DNA of 64,000 nt, from the NCBI RefSeq assembly GCF_026930045.1, contig NC_072731.1, forward strand, positions 138,010,156 through 138,074,155. Direction: 5' to 3'. This document shows, one piece after another, positions 35,101 through 47,560 of the stretch. How positions within the stretch are numbered: position 1 is the stretch's first letter; each line of letters opens with the position of its first letter. The stretch comes from Uloborus diversus (taxonomy: Eukaryota). The translations under genes and the position numbers were made by a program. Under the pieces are notes generated by a model. It did not search any database. It saw only the letters and a program-made list of their open reading frames with translations, and was not told where the DNA came from.

Positions 35101-37081
35101 GAGGTATGAAATTAGTTTTTAAAACACAAATAGTTTGGGATAGGAAAAAAAGTTTTTAGTGCCTAGAATTTGATGATACAATTTAAAAGTAGTCAATGTC
35201 TGTAGGGACCAGTTGTTCTCAAAATACTGTTATAAGTGCTGTGAATTATAGAAATTGAATTTATGCAGAATAGTTAAGCAAAAGCATTAGTCACGTTTGT
35301 TATTAAATATGAAAATGATGTGTTCTTGAAAGAGCAGAAAAAGAAAATTTTTATATGCATTTTATTTGAGAATGTAAATCCTTGTGAGAAATTGAAATTC
35401 AAATTAATGATTACTTGCAGTATTTTGTGATTTTTATGTAGAATTAATGTCTATAATGTACAAGTAAAATAAATTAATTGAGATTTTTCTTTCGTGTCAT
35501 TTTTCACTGGTTGTTGTCCTTGGATTTTTTTAATTATAGCTATCAAAATAATTTTAAAAGGAGTAATTAGATTAAATGCTTTTAAATCACAAAAATTTTT
35601 TTTGAAACTTACTATCTATCTATCCAGGACCGATCCTAGCAGGTGTGCGCCGCACAAGGGCGGCCGCAGGCCGCATCATATAGTTCTTATAATCAAGCAA
35701 AATTCCTTAAGAATTTCTCACAAAATAACTTATAATAAGTAGAATAAACATGCTGATTTTTAAATGTTCAATTGTCAAAGTATGTGTCGATTTCCCGACA
35801 GCATAGCATACATAGTTTAAGAAAAATAGAATGTTAGGGAACATTATGTTGGTTTATTGTCCATTAATATCTTCTCTTAACACACATGCTTCATTTGGTT
35901 GAAAAGTTTGTGACAGAACCGGTAATCAGGCATGGATACAGGGGAGGGGAAAGGCCCCCTTTTGAAGCATGAAATGGTGCCGTCTAAAAGGAGCACTGAG
36001 GGCGGCCGCTAATGTCCCCCCCCCCCCCCAAGTTTTTATAGACCTAAACAATTAAGACATATTTTATTTATTAAAAAAAAAAGCTATACTGATTAGATAC
36101 TCTCGCAAGCATTTCAAACAACAAACTATGTAACAAACTCTGTGTTTAACAATCGTGGATGCCTGGAGAGAAAGTGGAAAATTACGACTCCCTTGAGAGT
36201 AACATATATGAATGACGAACTAAAATGTTGTACTTTTCCCCCTTTATGACAATTTTTCTGATTAAAATCTTGAATGAACTGCCCGGTTTCAGATCAGGTA
36301 GGAGGACAGGCCCCTTGCCCCGGGAAGCAAATTTAAATGTGGCTCCAAAACGAAGATCCTAAAGGATGCCATGACAGCCTTGACGAAACTAAAGAAGGCT
36401 TAAAATTGAGTTTCTAGGACTTTACTTTCGGAAAATTTCGCTGGTTGAACCATTGATCTTAAGGACTCAATTAAGTCTCTAATTCACCTCTTCCATCTTA
36501 ACTTAATCAAACATAGCCTAAAAATGTTGGCTCCAAAATCAAAACGTGTTTTTAGACGACAGCCCTTCCTATCATCAAACGTCATATAAAATTGCTTTGG
36601 CGTTTTTCGAAATTTTTGCAATGGAGGACCCCGAAATCCATTCGCAAACATTACTACTAAAAACAGCCCCCTTTTCTCCAACGCAATCACTATACCTGAA
36701 AATTTCGTTTTTAGACGGTTCCGTGGAGCTACAGCTTCCTGCCTAAACTAGCCTGAAATTGACTTCAGTTTCAAAAACACAGTTCGTGAGGGCACACTGA
36801 ACCCCCGCCCATTCTTAATCCCATCGTTATCAAACAATGCTTAAAGTACGATTTTGGGACTTATATTTCTTAACCCAGTAAGCAAAATATCTTGCCTCTG
36901 CATTGCATAAAGGTTGACATGCAAGAAAAATCATCTTGCATTAATGCTGCCTCAATATTGTTATGTTACTCCATTTATGCTGTCAGCAGGCTGCCACAAT
37001 ATTGACTGACAAGGTGCATGCAGCATAATATCAGGAAAATATCAAGGTATGCTGTTTTTGTAATATTGCATACGTATTGAT

Positions 37082-40000
37082 CATGGGCGGATTTATGGGG
37101 GGGCGGAGGGGGGCAATGCCCCCCCAGTCTAGGGAGGACTTTATTCATAGTAACCATAAACCTTCCAAAATCTTAAAAGAAAAAAATCATGATTTTTTTT
37201 CTTTTTTGAATAGTTCAGACGCGAAAATGAAGAGAATAGTGACTGTCCTTTTCTGGGGGGGGGGAGAGAAATCCATACAATATATTACAAGTAGTAAAGC
37301 GGTCACTGGGATACTGAAATGTGTTGAAAACGACTACTTTCAACTGAAAGCTATTAGGGCAAGTATATAAGTGAAAATATCGACTGAACGAGCTATGTAT
37401 TCAGCTGCAATACTTAAAATAATCAAGGATTATTTCAACAAATTAGAAACTGAAACAAAGATTTTAAAAAAGCGAATTTTCCTATAAACTAAACAAGCTA
37501 TACAGCTTAGGACACCCGCTTTGTTGAAGGCCTCCAACTCCAGAAATTTTCATGTTTTGTTCCTTATCCAAAAAAAAAAAAAAAGGAAGAACTTGAAAAA
37601 ATAAATTTTATTTTAAAGTGCTTGAAAATTTTGGGAAAATACGTATACAAACAATAAATTTAAACATTTATAACAAATGGGAGGGGATAGACGATAGAAG
37701 AATAAATGCCGAAATATGTTAAATTCAGTTCTTTGCCTCATCTTGCATCAAAAATGAAAAAAATCATGGTTCTCATGTTTTTGTAACACAGTACTTGATA
37801 TAAATTTTTGTGATTCACATGTTTCACATCTTGCTGTTTATTTAATCCCAAATGCAGTGCAATATTTTGGAAATTCTTTTGTACTGCTTGCTTCTATCTT
37901 ACTTCTACTGCATATTGTTAATCTGTTCAGCACACGGAAAAAAACACCACCTCTATTCCTTTTCATTTTCTGCACTGCTTGTAATTAAATAATTTTAATT
38001 TTTCTCAAGTCCTTGAAACGGATTAGATGAGTCTTTGAAATTCCCATAGGCGTCGGAACCGGGGGAGCTGAGGGAGCTTGAGCTCCCCCTGGAATATTTC
38101 AGACCGGCTTAGCTCCCCCGGAAAAATTCTTGCACTGCTGCTTTTTGCCGTACAGTGTTTACCTCAAACCTGATTTCAAAAATGTGATCTGCCTTTTTTG
38201 GGAATTTCGGAATTTCTACCCAATGAACAACAAATGTAGTGCAGATGGAGTGGTCAGTGCACTTGAATTCACCTTCACCTTTTTTTTCACTGTTTAGACA
38301 CTCCTGATTGCCGAAATGCGGGAAAGTGGACTCTACTCCGCGGCCTGCGAAAATTAGTACCAGTCAGAGGCGTAGCATAACCGAACATTTTGGGGGGGGG
38401 GGGCGCCATAGCCATCACCAAGAAGGCCTTTGCTACCCCCCGCCCTGTTTTTCTGAAATGGCGTCACCAATTTCATATTAGAAATGAAAAAAAAAAGCAG
38501 AAAGGAAACCTTTACGATCTTAAGAACATGTAATAGAAATGATAAATGAACAAATAGAATAAAAGTGTCAAAAAGAGTTTTTCTGCAAAATTTGAAACAA
38601 AATGCAATTTCTGAATATTATTTAGGAACATCCAAGCAAGGTTATGCATTATGATTTACCTCTGAGGAGCGCTGAAACGTACGTTTCGAGCATATTTTAA
38701 CGAAAAGAAAGTATTCACTGTTTAGTACAAATCTATGACAAGCGTCAGTCAAGTAAAAAATGAATACGTAAATAAACATAACTTCATAGGGGCTGCCGGT
38801 ATTTTTAAATTTTGTTTTCTTTTTCTTTTTTTTGGTAAAAATATCATCATGAAAATAGTGATTAAGTAGAGAAAAATATATGTGCCACCAAAATACATTT
38901 TAATTAGAGAAAAAGTTGAAACAGAGTAAGGCGAGATTTAAAAATGTTATGACTAGTCACACCACTGCTAGTGTGCTAGTTCTAAGTGTTTAAATACAAA
39001 AGGCGAAATTAAACAAAAATTTTATAGCGATGTTCTGGAGACATGACATCTAAAACAAAAGAAAGTGTGAAAACTAAGAAGTCTGAACTACCAAAAAATT
39101 CAAAATATTATTATTATTTTTTTTTTTTTTTTTTTTTTTTGACGGAGGCCGCAAACGCTTGTATTTTAAACAAATAAAAATATAAGGCTAGAAATTGAAA
39201 ATTTCATTATGAAAAAACCAAACCACTCAAATAATTTTGGAAATGAATAGCAGCGGAGAGCGAAGACACATTGGCTTGGTTGGATAAAGCAGCGTGCTAA
39301 TGAGGGAAAGGGTGGGAGTTCAAATCTGGGCCGAAAAATATCGTTTTAATGGGTTTTTGTTTGTTTCCACTAATATGCAAAATTCTAAGCTGTATATCTG
39401 TTGTTAAAATCAAGAAACAAAACATTGATTTTAAGAGGGTAAATCGAAGTTTGACTTTGCAGAAGGATAAATTTCAATTTATTTTGCTGCTTTACTACGC
39501 ATTGCTTTGGTCTATAGCATCTCGAGGTTGCATTGAAATCAGAAAATTCTTCCTTTGAACTCGAATAATTCGCGTGGGTCAACTAGTCATCTAAAATTCC
39601 GTTTCTGGAATTTTACTATTGGAAAATTGCTGAAGATGGATCCCGAACCTCTCCTCCAGTAACATAGCCAACTATCACCTAAAACTGCGTTTTGACAACT
39701 AACTTCGAAAATTTAATTAATGAGTTTCAGCCCCCCCCCCCCCCTCCCTCCACCTCCGCCAATATAATTTAAAATAATCTTAAATTTCGTTTAAGACCTT
39801 ACCTTTCAAATAATTACTGGGGTAAAGCACCCGAAAACTCACCCCTAACATCATTAAAAGTCAAATAAAATTGTTTTTCTAGCTCCAATTTGCAAAAATT
39901 TCCAGTCTTCATAACAATATCAAAGATGGCACACAGCTGCGTTTCTTAGATTGTTCATTTTCGACAAATTTCTGGGAGGGGGGCCCCGGATTTCTCCTCT

Positions 40001-42410
40001 AATTAACATCTCCGAATAATGTCTAAAACTGCGTTTTCAGAGCAACAATTTTGAAAAAATTTCCAGGAAGAACCCTAAAATAGTAACTCCTTAACGTAAT
40101 TAGAGAAAAAATATAAAATTTTTCAAGTTTAATTTTCGAAAAATGCCGAGGAAAACGCTCCCAGGCCACTTTTCCACCCTAGCATTAACAAAGATCATCT
40201 AGAATACATTTTTAAGACCACACAAATTAGAAAAAGCATCCTATTTTTGATTTTTGAGCTAATTTCTTTATAATTCTAGAACAAAAGATTAAGTGTCTAG
40301 CAAGCTGGGAGTGATGAGTCAGTTTGGCATTTAAATATGAATAGCATGGGTGCTCCAGATATAACTAAAAAAGATTGCTAAGGTTGTTTGTACTTGTTCA
40401 AATAATTTCAACTTTCCAAAAACTTATTTCATTTTAAGTTATCTGACCCCTCAGATTATACTTTACGAAGTTACAGTTATTCTTGTTTTTTTGCTTTCTA
40501 AATTACGATTTTTTTCGTCACTTACAGATATATTTTCATGACAAAATTGTTACTTTTCATCTGCTATTGCAGAAAAAAACCCCAACAATATTATTATATT
40601 AATATTTTATAGTTTCTATCAAAGACTTTTACAAAAACTTATCTGAACAATATAATATATAACGAACACTTCATTTTAACACATTTCCAACGTTCTGTTT
40701 CTCCGCCCTCCTGTTTCATCTATTCGCCTTTTTCTAGTTCTCAGAAAATAAGAAATTCTTCTAAATGCTACACTGTCGAAGCCTCCCCTTTCCTCCGAAA
40801 TTATTACAGAGCACCTCAAATTTTGTTTTCAAGGCTCCAATTCCCTGAAAATTGCCGGAAGAGAGTCCCTGGATACCTTGCCCTCCAATAACATGGGAGA
40901 TTATGTAATGTTCCGTTTTTGGGACTTCAATTTAAAAAAATTGCTGGGCCCCTAACGCCAACGAATATGATCCACAGTCGCGTGTTTTAGCGACTACAAT
41001 TTCGAAAAAATTAACGAGAAGGAACCTCTGAACCTTTTCTGATAACATCATTGAAAAACGCTCTCTAGTAGGACTTCAAGTTTAAAAGTTTCCAAAGTAG
41101 AGCCCTAGTACAATCTTTTCCTCTGACATCATTGAAGGTTGTCTACAATTATGTTTAAGACTCCAAAATCGAAATATTGGGCGGGAGATGTAAATCGATT
41201 CGAAAAATCGATCGACAATCCTTCGAGTCATATTTTCACTAAAGTCAACAAATATGGTATACAATCGCGTTTTTAAGACATTAATTTCGAAAAATTTTCA
41301 GGGAAGGTATTCAAACCTTTTCTCCCCTTAACATTACCAAAGATCGCCTAAAAATTCGTTTTTAGAACAAGAATTCTGAAAATTTTCCGGGGGAGGATCC
41401 CCAAAACTCCTATATTTCTACGTGCTCATCATCGAGTACTGACTGACCATCTTTCAAAACCAGAAGTTCTATCACCTCATTCTCTCCACAAAGAATTGAT
41501 ACAAGATAAAAAAGAGATGGAAGCTTCGAAGCTAATTTCATATGTGGAAAAAAAATTTAAAGTCCCCCCCCCCACCAATTATTTAAAGGGGCCACTGCTT
41601 CTGCCCCTTACATAACAGACACTTCTCATAATGTGTCCCAGCTCCCCCTACTTCTACAAAGTTCCTACGCCTCTGGAAATTCCTAAGCAAATTGTGCTTC
41701 AACTTAATTTCTTATCAAGTGTATAAATTACGAATTGTCCAAATGGGCAGCATGGTACTCTCCTGTTATCTATTTTCGAAATCTGTACACCATTTTTTTA
41801 AAAGCATTTTTTACTCTTGATCATTTTGTATTTAATTCATTGTTGTATTTGTGGGTGGGTAAAGGCTTGACCAAAAACTAATTGTGAATTCATATGTGTG
41901 TACTCATATTCCAGTCACTTTTGAAGTACACAACGTGTTTTACGTTTACGTTAAGTAAATATTTTCAAACCAATAAATATTGAAGTGTCATTTTTCCCTT
42001 TACATTATAAAGATTATCAGGTATTCATATCCGTAGTTTCATATAATATATCACGAAAACGCTGTGAAAATATTCTAATCACATTCATTAATTTGTTGGG
42101 ACTCTAGCTTAACCAAAATATAAACAAGTAACACAAAATCTTAAAACAGAAAGCACAAAAAGCTAAGTCCGCGCGCAAGCGCAGTTGAAATGGCAAATTT
42201 GTGATAACCGGGATTTAACGTCTACTCTTTTTTTGCTACCGAGAGAAAAGTTGTCCGGGTCTACAAAACATACCAAAAAGCTGAAACAGCTTAGGGCCAC
42301 ATTAAGTCTATATTATAAATCCAGTCTTGATTTCAATTAATATTGCTCAAAAAAAAAAAAAAAAAAAAAAATCCTGCCCCCCCAGAGACCCAGTCCTAAA
42401 TCCGCCTATG
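37082..42410. mobile_element. 5.3-kb non-autonomous DNA transposon of the CATGGGCGGATTTATG-TIR family (8-bp TSD; hAT- or P-like). It carries an internal satellite-like array
   Basis: Termini catgggcggatttatgg / cataggcggatttagg. A perfect 8-bp TSD GTATTGAT lies at 37074..37081 and 42411..42418. The insertion splits a copy of another repeat (36890..37081 plus 42411..42540; a third copy is at about 48630..48870). Sub-terminal sequence is shared with the 1-kb copy at 2752..3800. No ORF longer than 100 aa. Confidence 0.7.
39590..41440. repeat. Satellite-like tandem array of about 20 diverged ~90-100-bp monomers
   Basis: Each monomer carries the recurring motif (C)TAAAA(C/T)TGCGTTTT(T)(A/G)A..AATTTCGAAAAATTT(C/T)C..GG(A/G)AGG......CC. 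The same family occurs at 36540..36800, 45085..45513 plus 47188..47560, and 49000..49800. Confidence 0.7.
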
Positions 42411-42869
42411 GTATTGATATGACAGGATAATATCAAGATGTTGTCATGACGGCATGAAATCAAGGTCTAGGCAAGATGATCTTGCTTTTGTAATCTTGCA
42501 TACGTATTGATATGACAGGACAGTATGAAATCAGTACGTTTGCAAGGTGTTTTATCCATTATCCAGGTGTATTATTTATTTGTATTATTTTCACTTTAAA
42601 CTCGAGAGTTAAATTTCATTCTTTAATTATTTCTGTTATTCTTCAAGATAGTTTTCTAGTCTAAGAATATTTTCTTAAAGCTGACATCTGATCGGAAATT
42701 CATATAAAGATATTAATAGTACTCGCAATTTAATTCAAAAAATGAAACTTTCTTCGTTTTGCGTAATGCCAGTGGCGGATCATCGCATAGGCGCATGAGC
42801 CGCTAGCTGGGGCCTCCAGCTAAGCAGGGGGCCTCCGAGCCGCGAAGTGTCACATACTCAAAGCCAAAA

Positions 42870-43470
42870 TTTTTTTTTTGTTTTAGGATTTGCCATGGAA
42901 AGTTATAGTTTTTTGTACAAAATGCTCAAAACTCATGGAAATTGACAGTTAGTCATGGGTTTTAGGCGCGGGCTGATTGCTCCCAATAGGGCCGTGTCTA
43001 TGGGGGCCCCTGCTTTAGGTGCCTTTGTTTGGATTTTTTCCAGGAGAAAAAATTGCTTGTTTAAAGAATTTGCAACAGAAAGTTATAGTTTTGAGTGGGA
43101 AATACTCAAAACTCATGGCATCGCCCAGTTAATCATGGATTTTAGGCGCGGGCTGACTGCTCCCAATAGGGGCCCCTGCCTCTAAAGGGGCCCCAGGCTT
43201 CAAGTGCGTTTATTTGGATCTTTCCAGGAGAAAAAAAATGTTTTTTTAGAGGATTCGCAATAGAAAGTCATAATTTTGAGTGGAAAATGCTCAAAAGTCG
43301 TGGAATCGACAGTTATTAGTCATGGATTTTAGACGCGGGTTGACTGCTCCCAATAGGGCCCCCCTGCGTCTAAAGGGGCCCGATGCTTCAGGTGCCTTTT
43401 TTTTTTTTTGGATTTTTTCCAGAAGAGAAAATTGGGACATTAGAAAAAAAAAGTATGTTTTTTTGTACGT
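42870..43470. repeat. Tandem repeat of about 3.3 units of ~185 bp
   Basis: Units start at about 42954, 43133 and 43319 (tcatggattttaggcgcgggctgactgctcccaatagg...). The six-frame ORFs 42955..43185 and 43280..43616 are translation artefacts of the repeat. Confidence 0.85.
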
Positions 43471-45084
43471 ACAGGTGCAAATTTCAAAATATATTTGTTT
43501 CTTTCCTCCGGAATGCTTCATCAAAACAAGCAGCAGATTTCGTGCTCCCCCTTGCCATCACTTTTTCTGAGATCGGAGAGTTCCCGCTTTTTTGTTCAAG
43601 GTCGTGTGTCCCCTAGAGAAAGTGTCGTGTTAGATAAGAAGTGACGAAAGGAAAGGCATTACTATGGCTCAAGTTCAACGCTAAATGGAATCACAAACAG
43701 GGGAGTTGACCTTGGGAAAATGACCGGGAGCACCGTTCTTCTGCCCTGTACATTCCAATCCGATTCAGTAGTGCAATGTTATCTTGTCTTGCAACAGTGG
43801 TCAGAATCTTGCTAGTTTAATGAAAGAAAAAATACCTTCTAACTAATAATACAGTCCTGGAATTTAGGTGATCAATGAAACTTTTTCTCTAATGCCTTAA
43901 CTTACTTTTTAGTCCTAAGTTTAAAAACGAAATTGTCTCTCAAAAGAGTCGAAAAAGAAGGGAAATGTGGGGCAAAGTGAAAAAAAATGGTTAAGATCAC
44001 TTACTTTTTCCCAATATAAACAAATTGGAATTTTGTTCTAAAATATACGGCTCATAAAGTAGGAGCAATATAATAAAAAAAAAAAAAACCGCTTAAACAT
44101 TATTTTTAGTTTTTGGCTATAACTTTGTACATCCAAAGAACGTGGAAAATTTTCACTTTCTTTCTCTATGGGTTTGCACCATATGAAAAAAAAAAAAAAG
44201 AAATTTTTTTCGAATGAAATTTTTTTATTTGATTAAAAGATATCGTTGATCAAATGAATGAGTAAATAAAAGGAAAAGGAAAAAATAAACAAATAAAAAA
44301 TAAATTAATCAATTAATATACGAGAAAAATTAAAGGATGAGAATACGAGTGAATAAAATAGTGAATGAATATGAAAATAAATGAATGAATCAATAAAAAA
44401 AGAATTATTAAATGAAAGAATGTAAATGAGAGAAATAATTAATAAACAAATGAAGCAAGTGATTTTATAAAGTATTAAACAAGTAAATGAAATGAGCTAT
44501 TTCACTTGGCCCAGCATGCACTTGAATAACTGTACAAATTATTTGAAACAACAAATAAGCTTAATATTAAACAAATAAATACTTCGCCGGATATTAGTTA
44601 ATCTCAATTAATATTTAAAACGTTAATAACAGGAACTTTATCCTCTAGTAAGAACAAAAATAATTTTTGACTTGCAGCAAAATATTACAACATATAATAT
44701 ATATTTTTGATATTTATTCGTAATTACAACAGTGGCGCAACCAGAGGGGGGAGTGAGATCACAGCCTTCCCCTCAGATTGCTGAGTTGAAAATTTTTTTA
44801 AACTATTCTTTATTATTGAAGCAAAGAAAAGAACACGTCTTGGGAAAACACAGTGATTGTTAAAAAAATAATAATAATAATGATAGGAATTTTTTAAAAT
44901 TTCTCTTTAAAAGAAATCTTTGAATTAAAAATAATTCAACAGTATAGCTTACTGTTCTTATTGCCCGCCTCCCATCTTATTTCGTTCTTATCTTCTCTTT
45001 TTAAGTTTAAAATTGCCACTTCTCTAAAGCCCCCCCCCCCCCCCCCCACACACACCGAAATCATTATGGAGAGAAGAGCAAGCA

Positions 45085-45513
45085 TCTGAAATTCCGTTTT
45101 TGAAGATCTTCAATTTTACCAAAGTGCGAGGGGAAAGCCTCCAAACACCTAAAACCATCGAAAATCGCTTAAAACTGCGTTTTTGGAACTTTAATTTCGA
45201 AAAATTACTTTCCCTAATGTTACAAAATATGGTCTTAATAATTGCGTTTTTAAGACTTGAATTTCAGAAATTATTCGAGCAATGGTCCCTGAACCACCTT
45301 CCTCTAATATCATTAAAAAAAAAAAAAAAGAACCTAGAATCTGTTTTCTGTATAAAATTGTTTATCCCTTAACACTTGTCTACAATTGCGTTTTTGAAAC
45401 TTCAGTTTCGGAAATTGGAAAGGTGGGAGGAGTAATTGATTTTGATCTATTTAAAAAAAAAACTCGATTAAAGGCAGTCCCTGGGCTCTATCCCTTACCC
45501 TAACGTTAATAAA
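45085..45513. repeat. Satellite-like array (same family as 39590..41440), left part, interrupted by the Tc1 insertion
   Basis: Monomer motif taaaactgcgtttttggaactttaatttcgaaaaatt.... It continues after the Tc1 element at 47188..47560 as a ~225-bp higher-order unit repeated twice. Confidence 0.7.
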
Positions 45514-45515
45514 TA

Positions 45516-47185
45516 CAGTGGCCCCCAAAAGTGTTCGTACACTTTGAAATTTTTTAGTAAAACCAAAATAACTCGAAACTGAATTCGAATATGAAGTCCA
45601 ATATTTTTTCACATCATTCCTATATCATTCTAAATACAACCTATTGGTTTTTTCAAAATATTGACGGATCTTCTTTTTGAAATGGGTCAGAAAACGAAGA
45701 TACAGAGAAATAACACTCCACAAAAGTCATCGTACACTCAAATATTTTCGAATAAATTCATGATTAAAATTATCATATGCCGTTTTATTAATATTTTTGT
45801 ATTGTGTTGACCCTTTTAAGTCATTTGGCTTAAATTTTTTGTTTATTTATTCCTTAATATTGTGCTTATTAGTGTAAAATGGCTGGTATTCGTAAAAAAC
45901 AGAAAACACCATTCAAAATTTGAATTTTTTCCCCACAGTAGTGGTAAATTGGTTTGAAATGTCTCTAAATTAGTTAATTTATTTGTTTGTATAGTAAAGT
46001 GCTTGATAAAATGCTTCAAAGAAAGGAATCGGACCGAAAACAAGGTAAGAAAAGGTCAACCGGCAAAGTTGACAAAACGTGATCGGAGATTTAAAGTTAA
46101 AAAAATTATGAAAAATACACATTTGAGTGCTGTAAACGTTTCTGCAGAGTTAAATGAAACATATAACATTTAATTTTCAACTAAAATTGTTCGCCAAGTT
46201 CTCTGATTAGCTGCATTAAATAAGACCTCTTCCCGCAGAAATTTTCTTGGTCGTGCGAAAAACAGAAAGCTTACGCTTTTCGTCGCAAAATCAATTATAA
46301 ATAAGTTAAAAACGTTTTAGAATCACGTCTTACTTACACATAAAAATTAATTTAACATTTTTGGTTAAATTGTTGTATAACTGCAAGTAGAGGAAAAAAT
46401 TAGGCACTTAATCTTAAGAACTTATTTGGATCAGTTAATCAGGACGGTGGAGGTGCTCCAGTGTGAGGGTGCATATCAGCATCAGGATTTGGTAGTTTGT
46501 AATTTTTTGATGAAATAATGAATCATGCTGTTCCTTTAAATATTTTAAAAACCAATTTTGAACTCTTAGCCAAAAATTTGGTTATTGGAAACATCTTTGT
46601 TTTTTATCAAGATAACGATAAGAAGCACACGGTTTTCAACATTTGCGTCTAGTGTCACGAAAATTGTCCTAAAATTTCAAAAATACCCCCTAAATCTCCA
46701 GGTTTTAACTTAATGTAACGTATTTAAAGTTATCTGGAGGCTAGATTACGAAAATAGGGCTTTAAAACGAAAATAGAGCTAGAAACAGCAAGACTCGAAC
46801 TGTGGTAGAACACTTACTCAGAAATTACGCAAAAAAAGAAAGAAAAAGAATGAAATCTTTTCCCAGACGTTTAAAAGGTGTTATGAATATTGTATGATAT
46901 TCTACTAATTAATAACTTAATCAAAAGTTAGATTATTCAATAATATATAGACATTTTAGAAAGTGTACGAAGACTTTTGTGAGATAAAATTTCCCACACT
47001 TTTTGGTTTTTGATTTTTAAAAAATTAAGTTTTAATATTTCTTAAAAACTTTTCATGTAGTTTTGTTAAAAATTGATCAAAGATCTTATAATTAAATACC
47101 TATATCGAAATATTAATTCTAACCAATTGATTGGGGCCTATTTCGTTGAAAGTCGCAACTGTACGAAGACTTTTGGGAGCCACTG
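45516..47185 (+). mobile_element. Tc1-family DNA transposon (1670 bp) with a decayed transposase
   Basis: TIRs CAGTGGCCCCCAAAAGTGTTCGTACA / TGTACGAAGACTTTTGGGAGCCACTG (compare C. elegans Tc1 CAGTGCTGGCCAAAAAG). TA TSD at 45514..45515 and 47186..47187. The uninterrupted paralogous site at about 47406..47440 reads gttaataaaTAtggcctataatcgcg with a single TA. Confidence 0.8.
45990..46900 (+). pseudogene. Tc1 transposase pseudogene
   Basis: Frameshifted translation retains Tc1 transposase signatures: GKKRSTGKVDKT..RRFKVKKIMKNTHLSAVNVSAEL (paired-like N-terminus), ...FYQDNDKKHT (FQQDNDPKHT-like DDE core) and PKSPGFNLM..YLEARLRK (SPDLNPIE..LW..LK-like). There are many stops. Confidence 0.7.
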
Positions 47186-47187
47186 TA

Positions 47188-47560
47188 TGGCCTATAATCG
47201 CGTTTTTAAGGCAACAACTTTCCGCTGAGACCCCTGCACCTTTTGCCCCTTTATGCTGATGTTAGCATCAGCAAAGAAAGACTAAAATTGCGTTTTTGAA
47301 ACTTCAGTTTCGAAAATTGGGAAGGTGGGAGGAGTAATTGATTTCGATCTTTTTTTTTTTTTAATCGATTAGAGGCAGTCCCTGAGCTCTATCCCTTACC
47401 CTAATGTTAATAAATATGGCCTATAATCGCGTTTTTAAGGCAACAACTTTCTGCTGAGACCCCTGCACCTTTTGCCCCCTAACATCAGCAAAGAAAGACT
47501 AAAATTGCGTTTTTAAAACTACAAAGTTTTAAAATTCTCCCGGGGATAACCCCCGGACCC
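47188..47560. repeat. Satellite-like array, right part, after the Tc1 insertion
   Basis: Continuation of the 45085..45513 array. Contains the empty Tc1 target site paralog. Confidence 0.7.

Noticed and set aside
42955-43616. ORFs 42955..43185, 43280..43570, 43291..43524 and 43383..43616
   Set aside because: They lie in the 185-bp tandem repeat, and the peptide repeats (FRRGLTAPNR...) are periodicity artefacts.
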